Positions 48,381 to 56,793 of a stretch of 64,000 nucleotides of DNA are shown one piece after another. The DNA comes from Candidatus Peregrinibacteria bacterium GW2011_GWA2_33_10 (GTDB taxonomy: Bacteria; Patescibacteriota; Gracilibacteria; UBA1369; GWC2-33-13). The stretch spans positions 22,832-86,831 of the forward strand of contig LBOO01000003.1 of assembly GCA_000989565.1 (NCBI GenBank). The letters run 5' to 3'. Each line of letters opens with the position of its first letter. The first letter of the stretch is position 1. Both the position numbers and the translations under genes were made by a program. The notes beneath the pieces are model-generated. The model was not told the DNA's origin, made no database searches, and saw only the letters and a program-made list of their open reading frames with translations.

Positions 48381-48839
48381 ATGGAAAATTTAATTGAAGT
48401 CACTCTCCAAAATTTACTGCAAAAAATTTCAATCGATTATAGTAAAATTGAAATTGAAAAAATTGATGAAGCCAGATACAAAATTAATATTAACAGCACT
48501 GATTCAAGTCTTTTGATAGGTTATAACGGAGCCAGCTTAAATGCTTTGGAGCATTTATTGAATATATTGATAAAAAAAATATCCCGAAAAGATGATATAT
48601 ATATCAAAGTTGACGTAGATAGTTATCGTCATCGGCAAGAAGAAAGAATCAAAAATCTTGCGTTAAGAAAAGCGGAAATCTGTAAGAACACTGACCAGCC
48701 GCAAATTCTCGCACCTATGTCTTCTTATTATCGACGCATAATTCATCTTTATATTTCAGAAAATTTTCCAAATCTTATTACAGAGAGCATAGGAGAAGGA
48801 GAAAGACGTCAAATAGTTATCAAACTTAAAGACAGTTGA
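48381..48839 (+). CDS. jag: Jag/EloR (KH-R3H) RNA-binding protein
   Basis: LLIGYNGASLNALEHL, PMSSYYRRIIH, TESIGEGERR. Confidence 0.9.
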   Translation: MENLIEVTLQNLLQKISIDYSKIEIEKIDEARYKININSTDSSLLIGYNGASLNALEHLLNILIKKISRKDDIYIKVDVDSYRHRQEERIKNLALRKAEICKNTDQPQILAPMSSYYRRIIHLYISENFPNLITESIGEGERRQIVIKLKDS

Positions 48840-48922
48840 TCTCAAATTTCCAGATAAGCAAAGGCAACCTTTGAAAATTGTTGCGGTAAATATTCCAGTT
48901 TTGAAAGATTAATTTTATTACT

Positions 48923-49948
48923 ATGAAAATTATGAAAAAAATATTAATTTTTACAATAAGCGTGATATTGATCATTAATTCATTTAATGCCACAAAATCA
49001 GCCAAAGCCGATTTTGAGCTGCCTTTTACTGATCTGCCAACAGAACATTCTGATTACGAAGCTATAAAATATTTATACGATAGAAATATAATTCAAGGCT
49101 ATTCTGATAATACTTTTCGGCCTGAACAAACGGTTAATAGAGCTGAAGCTTTAAAAATAATACTTATGAGTTCCAATTATCATTTTTCTGAAACCGATGA
49201 GCAAATACAACTTGTTAATGCTGAAAATGCTACTCCTGAAGTGTCAATTAACTCTGAAATAAGTGCTTTTTTGGATATCTCAGCCAAAGATTGGTATTAT
49301 CCGTACATAAAAAAAGCCAATGAAATGGATATTATTCATGGATATCCCAATGGATTTTTCTATCCGGAAAAAAGTATAAATTTATCTGAAGCTTTAAAAA
49401 TAATTTTGCTTTCATTCAGCGCGGAAATTACTCAAACTATGGTTGATAATCCATATAATGATGTTGCCGTGGAAACCTGGTATGCGCCATATTTTTCAGT
49501 ATTTCAAAACTACAAATTATTGGAAACCGATACTGATAATAATATCTATCCTAATCGGCCTGTAAGCAGAGCAATGCTGTCGAGTCTGATTTATCGTTAT
49601 ATCAAAAGGGATGAAATTAAAATTATAAATGAAAAAAAACAAGAACAAATCGAATATATTTATGGCAAGGCTACTTTTTATGGTGAAGGAGATGGATTTG
49701 ACGGCAATCATACCGCGAACGGAGAAGTATTTGATAAAAATCAATTTACCGGGGCCTCAAGAACCCTCCCTTTCAACACAAAAATTCGTGTTTACAACTT
49801 GGAGACAAATGATTATGTTGATGTTAGGATAAATGATCGCGGGCCTTATGATTATCGTTTTATTTTAGACTTGTCTGCTGAAGCGTTCAAACGTTTGGCA
49901 CCTATTTCTCGCGGATATATTCCTATTAAATATGAAATTCTAAAATGA
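48923..49948 (+). CDS. S-layer-homology (SLH) domain protein with a C-terminal RlpA lytic transglycosylase domain
   Basis: IIQGYSDNTFRPEQTVNRAE (SLH repeats); ATFYG...TANGE...RINDRGP...LDLS. Confidence 0.88.
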   Translation: MKIMKKILIFTISVILIINSFNATKSAKADFELPFTDLPTEHSDYEAIKYLYDRNIIQGYSDNTFRPEQTVNRAEALKIILMSSNYHFSETDEQIQLVNAENATPEVSINSEISAFLDISAKDWYYPYIKKANEMDIIHGYPNGFFYPEKSINLSEALKIILLSFSAEITQTMVDNPYNDVAVETWYAPYFSVFQNYKLLETDTDNNIYPNRPVSRAMLSSLIYRYIKRDEIKIINEKKQEQIEYIYGKATFYGEGDGFDGNHTANGEVFDKNQFTGASRTLPFNTKIRVYNLETNDYVDVRINDRGPYDYRFILDLSAEAFKRLAPISRGYIPIKYEILK

Positions 49949-49955
49949 TTAAGTA

Positions 49956-50309
49956 ATGTATTTAAGAAAAGCTAAAAATGTATTCAAATACCGAAAAACC
50001 ACTTTGTCTGCGCAAGTGGAAAAGAGTTCCAGAATTTTAATTATCGCGACTTTTACGATTCTTTCCTTTTTGGCGGCAATTCACCTCTATATTGGCAGTC
50101 ATACCAATGCCAAAGGTTATGTTCTGAAAGAATTGCAGGAAAAAAATGATTTGCTTTATCAACAAAGCAAAATATTGGAAAAAAAGATTATCGAAGCGAA
50201 AACTTTTACCACGATAGAAGAAAACAAAAAAACTGAAAAAATGGATAATAAGGAGCTAAAAGACGTAACGTATGTAAAGAATAATAATGTCGCGACAACG
50301 AAAAGGTGA
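49956..50309 (+). CDS. Second FtsL-like bitopic protein
   Basis: RKTTLSAQV...TM...AKGYVLKELQE aligns by eye with 24949-25305. Confidence 0.55.
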   Translation: MYLRKAKNVFKYRKTTLSAQVEKSSRILIIATFTILSFLAAIHLYIGSHTNAKGYVLKELQEKNDLLYQQSKILEKKIIEAKTFTTIEENKKTEKMDNKELKDVTYVKNNNVATTKR

Positions 50310-50369
50310 CTTGCGGCCGGGATTTTTAATTTTTTCAGGTTGCAGATGACTATCTATGATTGTAAGTTA

Positions 50370-50966
50370 TTACGATAGGTTGTAAGTTGGCAGTGAGAGA
50401 AAATTTTTTAGTATTTTTTTTCCTTGGGGTGTTCCGATTGATTCGGGGTGAAATTGGATGCCGAAAATGGGGTGGATTTTGTGTTGTACTGCCATTATTA
50501 TCCCGTCATCTTTGGTTTCAGCTGATATTTTTAGGTCTTTTGGAAAGTTTTCTTTTGAGCCTATTAGAGAATGATAGCGCATGGCGGGAAAAGGATTTTC
50601 AATGTTTTTAAAAATTCCGTTTTCATTATGTTTTATGAAGCTTGTTTGGCCATGCATTATTTTTGGGGCTTTTATGATTTGACCTTTAAAAGCATGAATT
50701 ATGCCTTGATGTCCCAGACAAACGCCCAGAAGTGGAATTTTCGGACCTAATTTTAAAATTACATCCAGACAAATTCCAAAGAATAATGGATTTTCAGGAT
50801 TGCCGGGACCCGGAGAAATAACTATGTGAGACGGATTTATTTTTTCAATTTCCGGAATTGTAATTTTATTGTTTTTGAAGATTTCAGGATTCGCATTTAA
50901 TTCTCCTAAATATTGATATAGGTTATATGTGAATGAATCGTAATTGTCGAGGATAAGTGTTTTCAT
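50370..50966 (-). CDS. Anthranilate/aminodeoxychorismate synthase component II (TrpG/PabA-type amidotransferase)
   Basis: ILDNYDSFTYNL, SPGPG, GVCLGHQ, RYHSL, QFHPES; likely start MKTLILD. Confidence 0.92.
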   Translation of the reverse strand: MKTLILDNYDSFTYNLYQYLGELNANPEIFKNNKITIPEIEKINPSHIVISPGPGNPENPLFFGICLDVILKLGPKIPLLGVCLGHQGIIHAFKGQIIKAPKIMHGQTSFIKHNENGIFKNIENPFPAMRYHSLIGSKENFPKDLKISAETKDDGIIMAVQHKIHPIFGIQFHPESIGTPQGKKILKNFLSLPTYNLS

Positions 50967-51084
50967 TATTGATCTCAAAAAAATGGCAAGCTTTTGTTGA
51001 CTTTCAATGTTAGAATATATATTCTACGAATTGCCGAACCAAATTAATTTTAGTTATTTTTTAAGTTATTTCAACTTATAATTT

Positions 51085-53016
51085 ATGTCATTAGTAGAAA
51101 ATTTTGAGCAAATTATTTTAGGAAAAGATGAAGAAGGCTTTGCTTTCACTCAAGTTTACGATTATGTCGAATCTGTTGGTCAGAAAAATGAAGGAAGAAT
51201 TTTTTTTACTTTGGAGATGCCAAATAATCCATTATTGGCGGAGGAAATAGCTAAAGATATTTTTGACTGTTTAAAAGAAAATTTTTATTTGGAAATGGAT
51301 AGGGATCCTTATCTTCGATTTGAGGATTCATTAAAAAAAATCAATGAGGTTGTTTTAAAAAAGGAAAAAGAAAAAGAATTTAAATTCATTTCAAATTTAA
51401 GTATTGCGATCGGCGTTATTGCCAGAGATAATTTGTATTTAACGCAAGCCGGAGATGCGGAAGTTTATTTGGTGAGAGGAAAATATGTGAGTGTGATTAC
51501 AGAGGGGTTATCCGAAGATGATGCGGCAAATGAATTGTTCAGCAATGTCGCTAGCGGTGCTTTGGAAGATTCAGATACTGTAATTTTGAGTTCCACAAAA
51601 CTTCTTCGATATTTGACGGAAATTGATTTAAGTAAACTTTTTTCCAATTATAATCTTCCTGAAGCCTTAAAAGAACTTCGATCTTTGTTGAAGAGGGAAG
51701 TTTCCAATAAAGTGGCGATTTTAGGAATTGAAGTAAAAGAAAAAGAAATTTTGAATGAGGAGGAAAAAATTGAAACTGCCGGAATTCCCAGAGTGTCCGA
51801 TAATCGCCGGATTTTGATGAAATTAAGTTCTGTTTTGCCTGCTTTAAAAGCTAAAATTGCGAATTTAAACAGATTTGATAAACAAAAATTTCAAGATTTT
51901 TTCTTGTTTTTTAAAGGTAAAAAGAATGCAATTTTATTACTTTCCATAATAATGTTTTTAACGTTAAGTGTCAGTGTTTATAGTTTGCAGGTTAGAAGTC
52001 GCGAGAAAAAAGAGAGTACAACATATGCCGCTGATTTGCTTCACGCAAAAGAAAATGTTGATTTGGCAAAGCAAAGGTCTTACGATAAAGAAAAAGCTGG
52101 AGTATTGTTGGACGCGGCGGAGAAAAACACTTTAAAGGTTTTGCAGTCCGGATATTTAAAAGCTGAGGCTATCAAAAATTTAGAAACAATTAAGTCGCAA
52201 AGGGATATGCTTGATAACGTTATAAGGATATCTTCTGATAAATTGCGCTTGGTAGCTGATTTGAGCGGGAAAAGAAGCAATGTAAATGCTATCGGGCTAT
52301 TGTCTTATCAGGACACTTTATATGCTTTTGAATATAATGCTCTTTATAAATTACTTTTAGACAGTGCTTCCGAGCCTTTAACAATTGATGATAATGAATT
52401 TGTTGTAAGAGGAACGTATTTTGAAGATAGAGATTCTTTGGTTTTCTTAACAAAATCCGGCCAGATTATTGAATTTAAAGATGGTGTTTTTACTTTCATG
52501 GATACTGAAGATAAGGCTTGGCATTCAGGAATGGATGTTGCCGCGTATTCAGATAAATTATATGTTTTGGATGCGGAGAATAATCAGATTTGGAAATATA
52601 AAAGAAGAAGAGATAAATATAGCGTGCCGGAAAAATTTGTTTCCGAAAGTGATTTAACCGGAGCAGTTTCGATTTCAATTGACGGAAGTGTTTATTTGTT
52701 GAAATCAAATGGAATCATTGAAAATTATTATGTTGGGAAAAAGCAGGACATCACTATTGACAATCAGCCGATTGTGCCTATGGAAAAGCCGAAAGCTCTT
52801 TATACGGAAAAAGATATGGATCAAGTTTATGTATTGGAACCGGAAAAAAAGAGAGTGCTTTTGTACAATAAAGTGCCGGGGAAATTTGATTTAATTTATA
52901 ATTCTCAATATATTTTTGAAGATGTAAAGGAAGAGATTAAAGATTTTTATATAGATAAAAAAGCGCGCAAGATGTATTTACTGACTGCGGCAAAGGTTTA
53001 TGAAATGGCGATGTAA
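51085..53016 (+). CDS. Membrane protein: PP2C-like cytoplasmic domain, TM, external beta-propeller-like region
   Basis: YLTQAGDAEVYLVR...GALEDSDTVILSS; TM near residue 285-300; LYVLDAENNQIWKY and IDGSVYLL blades. Confidence 0.6.
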   Translation: MSLVENFEQIILGKDEEGFAFTQVYDYVESVGQKNEGRIFFTLEMPNNPLLAEEIAKDIFDCLKENFYLEMDRDPYLRFEDSLKKINEVVLKKEKEKEFKFISNLSIAIGVIARDNLYLTQAGDAEVYLVRGKYVSVITEGLSEDDAANELFSNVASGALEDSDTVILSSTKLLRYLTEIDLSKLFSNYNLPEALKELRSLLKREVSNKVAILGIEVKEKEILNEEEKIETAGIPRVSDNRRILMKLSSVLPALKAKIANLNRFDKQKFQDFFLFFKGKKNAILLLSIIMFLTLSVSVYSLQVRSREKKESTTYAADLLHAKENVDLAKQRSYDKEKAGVLLDAAEKNTLKVLQSGYLKAEAIKNLETIKSQRDMLDNVIRISSDKLRLVADLSGKRSNVNAIGLLSYQDTLYAFEYNALYKLLLDSASEPLTIDDNEFVVRGTYFEDRDSLVFLTKSGQIIEFKDGVFTFMDTEDKAWHSGMDVAAYSDKLYVLDAENNQIWKYKRRRDKYSVPEKFVSESDLTGAVSISIDGSVYLLKSNGIIENYYVGKKQDITIDNQPIVPMEKPKALYTEKDMDQVYVLEPEKKRVLLYNKVPGKFDLIYNSQYIFEDVKEEIKDFYIDKKARKMYLLTAAKVYEMAM

Positions 53017-53035
53017 ATCAGTTTTTTAAGAATAT

Positions 53036-53362
53036 TCAGTATTCAAGAGTGAGATCCGGATTATAAAAAAGTTCTCTTGGATTAATTCCTTTTTCACGAT
53101 AAATTAACAAGATTTTTTCTCTTATTTGATTTGCGATATGAAGTTTTTCGTCAGCTTCTTTTGAATATGCGTTATAATATTTCTTAAATTCCCAGCTAAA
53201 TTGTTTTTTAGTTTTATGTCTTCCGCCTTCGTTTTCTAAGATTTTGTCGGAAATTTGTCTTGAGATAGTAAATATCTTTTTTAAAGATTCCGGATCAGCA
53301 TTATCTTCAAGATAAGCAAAGTTAAAGTCTGTGATATTATCTTCTGATAATTCCAGTGTCAT
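53036..53362 (-). CDS. Hypothetical protein
   Basis: 108-aa ORF filling the gap; no motif recognised. Confidence 0.6.
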   Translation of the reverse strand: MTLELSEDNITDFNFAYLEDNADPESLKKIFTISRQISDKILENEGGRHKTKKQFSWEFKKYYNAYSKEADEKLHIANQIREKILLIYREKGINPRELFYNPDLTLEY

Positions 53363-53438
53363 AGTTTTTTGTTTAAAATAAAGAAATTATTACTAAAATA
53401 TATTTTTTTATTTTTTTGTCAAGAAATTTTTGGGATTT

Positions 53439-54296
53439 TTAAATTAACCATGGATAAGCGCGGCGGATTTCTTCAATCAGGGATTCGGATTTGAATACTC
53501 CCAATTCTGTAATTATTCCCGTCATGAGGTCAGGTGAAACCGGTTCAAAGGCCGGATTGTGAATAATAATATTTTTTAGGGGATTTTCCCAAACTTCATT
53601 TGTATTTCTTTGTTCGATTTCTTCTTCAGCTCCGAATACTGTTTCAGGGTTGAATTTCCACGAATTGGTGCAGGAATAGGTAAGTACATTGTATTTGTTG
53701 GCGAATTCCAGGAGCATGTTTGTGCCAATTTTGTTGATTATTCGACCTTCGCTTGTGATCGCGTCGCAGCCGAATAAGAATAAATCAGCTTGTTTCATAG
53801 CTACTCTTCCCGCGCTATCCACAAAATGATGTACTTCGATTCCTTCATTTGCTAATTCTTCCGCGGTAATTCTACCTTGAAATTTCGGGCGGGTTTCTGT
53901 GTTGTTAACTTTAAAATTTTTTCCTTGTTTTTTTGCTTCGATAATTATTCCTGTAACCGTCGATGAATGGCAATGTGTTTGGACTATCATATTATTTTCA
54001 ATTTTTTTGGCGCCGTATTCAATAATTTTTTTTTGTGAATTTTTAAAGTATTCTATTACTTTTTCAGCGATATTTTTTTCAGTTTGATAATTTTTCAAGC
54101 AATATCTAAGCGAGTTGCGAAGTGCCGGTTCCGTGGCTCTGGCATTGGCAAGATCGACAACAGATTTTTCCAATTCTTCTTGTGATGCTTTTTCTTCCAA
54201 TTTAATTTTAAAAGCTTCAACCGCGGCAACCGCTATTTTTTGCGCGCCTTGGATTTTCAGATCTTTGATATTTTGTAAAATTTGTTGGAAAGTCAT
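53439..54296 (-). CDS. Ribose-1,5-bisphosphate isomerase (eIF2B-alpha-like family)
   Basis: KIQGA, RATEPALRN, THCHS, ETRPKFQG, GCDAIT, NKIGT, NPAFE; adjacent to AMP phosphorylase. Confidence 0.88.
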   Translation of the reverse strand: MTFQQILQNIKDLKIQGAQKIAVAAVEAFKIKLEEKASQEELEKSVVDLANARATEPALRNSLRYCLKNYQTEKNIAEKVIEYFKNSQKKIIEYGAKKIENNMIVQTHCHSSTVTGIIIEAKKQGKNFKVNNTETRPKFQGRITAEELANEGIEVHHFVDSAGRVAMKQADLFLFGCDAITSEGRIINKIGTNMLLEFANKYNVLTYSCTNSWKFNPETVFGAEEEIEQRNTNEVWENPLKNIIIHNPAFEPVSPDLMTGIITELGVFKSESLIEEIRRAYPWLI

Positions 54297-54318
54297 TGTT
54301 GAAGATTAAAATTTAAAT

Positions 54319-55140
54319 TTATTTGATTTTGGATTTCGCGAATTGAAGCATGGATTTCAGTTTGTTTTCGTTGTCAGCATTAAACTCATTTTTGCCGGAA
54401 AATATCAGATTTACATTTATAATCAAGTTATTGTCCTGATGAATCAGAAAATAACCTTCTTGTTTAATTTTGTCTTCTTCAAAATTAGTAAATTTAAAAT
54501 ATACGTTTTTGGAATCTTCGGAAAGAGTTTCTGTTTTAATCAACTCTAAATTGGGGATTATTTTTCCCGGATATTCATTTGTCAATTTGTTCAGTTGTGA
54601 TATGGCTTCCATATTATTTTGATGCAGGGCATTTTCAATATTACCTATGAGATTATTATTGGCAAAATAATAGTTTTTCACTATGGCCAGTTTTTTTGTC
54701 GGATGATCAGTTAAAGCAGGTTGTGTTGTTTTGATGAAGTTATCGGCTTTAAAAACGTTTGTATTTATTTCTTCCTGACTTATAATCTCGATTGTTTTGT
54801 ATTTTGTTGTAGGTTCAATAGAAATAGTTTTTTCTTTATTTTCTTTCTCTGCAGCCTTTTTGCTTTCCTCTTTTGATGAAAATTCATTTTTGGTTAAATT
54901 TTTCTGTTTTTCATTCGAAATATTTTCATCGGATATTATATTAGAAGATTTTTCGTTTTTTTTAGGATCTTCTATAGCGGTAGATCCTTTGGAGTTTTTT
55001 TCATTTTTTGATACAGTTTCATCTTTTGTTTTTTTCTCAATTTGAAGAGATTTGCTGTAATTGGATGGATTGATGCTACAGGATGTTAGAAAAATTATTC
55101 CTAGAATTAACAGAGAGTATTTTTTTATGCTAAATGGCAT
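54319..55140 (-). CDS. Hypothetical lipoprotein
   Basis: Lipobox FLTS|C followed by a charged low-complexity linker. Confidence 0.7.
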   Translation of the reverse strand: MPFSIKKYSLLILGIIFLTSCSINPSNYSKSLQIEKKTKDETVSKNEKNSKGSTAIEDPKKNEKSSNIISDENISNEKQKNLTKNEFSSKEESKKAAEKENKEKTISIEPTTKYKTIEIISQEEINTNVFKADNFIKTTQPALTDHPTKKLAIVKNYYFANNNLIGNIENALHQNNMEAISQLNKLTNEYPGKIIPNLELIKTETLSEDSKNVYFKFTNFEEDKIKQEGYFLIHQDNNLIINVNLIFSGKNEFNADNENKLKSMLQFAKSKIK

Positions 55141-55145
55141 TTTTA

Positions 55146-56618
55146 TTATTTTATAGTATATGCGGAATCTTCTTTGGCAAATTTGGAAGCATAATCCAGA
55201 AGCTGTTTGCTGGATGAATAAATTCTGAATAGTATTTCTCCTTTTTTAACTTTATCGCCTGTTTTTTTGTATAAATAAACTCCACCCTGAATGTCTTTCG
55301 GGGCGCCGGCAACACGGCAGACTCGGGATATTTTTTTGTTATGGATTTCAATTACTTTTCCGCTTTTTTCGGCTTTTATGTCTATAAAAATAGAAGATAG
55401 TTTTGGAATTTTTTTCTCGCCTTGTTCTTTTATTATTTCTTGCATTTTTTTCCATGCCGCACCTGATTCCAGTAATTCTTTAGCCATATTCAATCCCTGT
55501 CCTTTGTGGGCTTTTTTTGTCAGTTCCAATAAAATCGCGACTAATTTGATGCATTTGTTTTTCAAATCTTGAGGCGCATCTTTTTCATTTTTTAGAACTT
55601 TTATTACATCAATGGCTTCAAGAAGAGGTCCTACTCCATTGCCAATAGGTTCTTTCCCGTCAGTAATTATTACTTCGGCTTTCATTCCTAATAATTTAGC
55701 GATTTTTAGGAATCTTTGTCTTAAATGTTGGGCTTGTTTCATATTGGATATTTTTACGGTTTTTCCGATTGGAATATCAATAAGAACATGATTTGCTCCG
55801 ACTGAATGTTTTTTGGCCATGATTGAAGCTAAAAGCATGCCTTCGGGATCCAAGCTTAAAGGATGTCTTACGCGGATTAAGCGATCGTCAGCCGCCGCCA
55901 AATCAACGCCACCGCCCCAAGTAATAAATCCGCCGACTTTATTGGCTATTTTCATGAGTTTTGGAGCTTGATTTGTGACATTAGCGAGAACCTCCATTGT
56001 GTCAGCGGTTCCTGCGGGGCTGGTAATTGATCGAGAAGAAGTTTTTGGCATTTTTAAGCCTGCAGCGGTAAGCATTGGTACAACTATCATTGTTGTTCTA
56101 TTGCCGGGTACTCCACCTATACAGTGTTTGTCCACAATAATTTTATCTTTGAATTTAAGTTTATTTCCGTTAGCGACTATCGATCTTGTAAGATCCGCGG
56201 TTTCTTGGTCGTTTAATCCATGAATATAACATGCTGAAACAAAATATGTCATTTCAATGTCAGTAAGGTCGTCTTCTACTATGTCTTTTACGATTTCGTT
56301 AATTTTGGCTTTTGTTAAAGCGATTCCGTTGAGCTTTTCTTTTATGTACATGGTTGAGATGGGTTTTTCGGCCATTTCTACTGTAATTTTATCTCCTTTT
56401 TTTGCTTCCAATAAGTCCCAAGCTTCAGTAAAAAGTTTAATATGATCTTTACGCATGGTAGGAGTGGTGTCGAGAAGAGCGCGAATTACATTTTTTTTGT
56501 TCTTTAAAATAATTCTGTCGCCGGCATGCAAATCAAACATTCTGGCTGTATCTTCATGCAAAACTGCAATATATTTATTGCCGGTTTTAATATCGACTTT
56601 TTCTGGAATGAGTTTCAT
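55146..56618 (-). CDS. AMP phosphorylase (archaeal-type nucleoside monophosphate phosphorylase)
   Basis: N-terminal extension DLHAGDRI, DKHCIGGVPGNRTT, PKTSSRSITSPAGTADTME; 490 aa. Confidence 0.93.
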   Translation of the reverse strand: MKLIPEKVDIKTGNKYIAVLHEDTARMFDLHAGDRIILKNKKNVIRALLDTTPTMRKDHIKLFTEAWDLLEAKKGDKITVEMAEKPISTMYIKEKLNGIALTKAKINEIVKDIVEDDLTDIEMTYFVSACYIHGLNDQETADLTRSIVANGNKLKFKDKIIVDKHCIGGVPGNRTTMIVVPMLTAAGLKMPKTSSRSITSPAGTADTMEVLANVTNQAPKLMKIANKVGGFITWGGGVDLAAADDRLIRVRHPLSLDPEGMLLASIMAKKHSVGANHVLIDIPIGKTVKISNMKQAQHLRQRFLKIAKLLGMKAEVIITDGKEPIGNGVGPLLEAIDVIKVLKNEKDAPQDLKNKCIKLVAILLELTKKAHKGQGLNMAKELLESGAAWKKMQEIIKEQGEKKIPKLSSIFIDIKAEKSGKVIEIHNKKISRVCRVAGAPKDIQGGVYLYKKTGDKVKKGEILFRIYSSSKQLLDYASKFAKEDSAYTIK

Positions 56619-56793
56619 TTTGTTTTAGTTAATTTTTATTTTGATTTTTAAAATCTTATAATTATAGCGGTAAAAACTATGTTAGGCAATCTTTTTGAGT
56701 TTTTATAGCCAAAATATTAATATTTTATTGGTAATAATATAAAAATGTGTTATAATTTTTAGATTTTAAACAAATTAATTTAACTAATTTTTT

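Noticed and set aside
53439..56618. Annotation as eIF2B/MtnA and thymidine phosphorylase, or a RuBisCO in the window
   Set aside because: The motifs and pairing fit R15P isomerase and AMP phosphorylase better; no ORF shows a RuBisCO KDDE-type motif.
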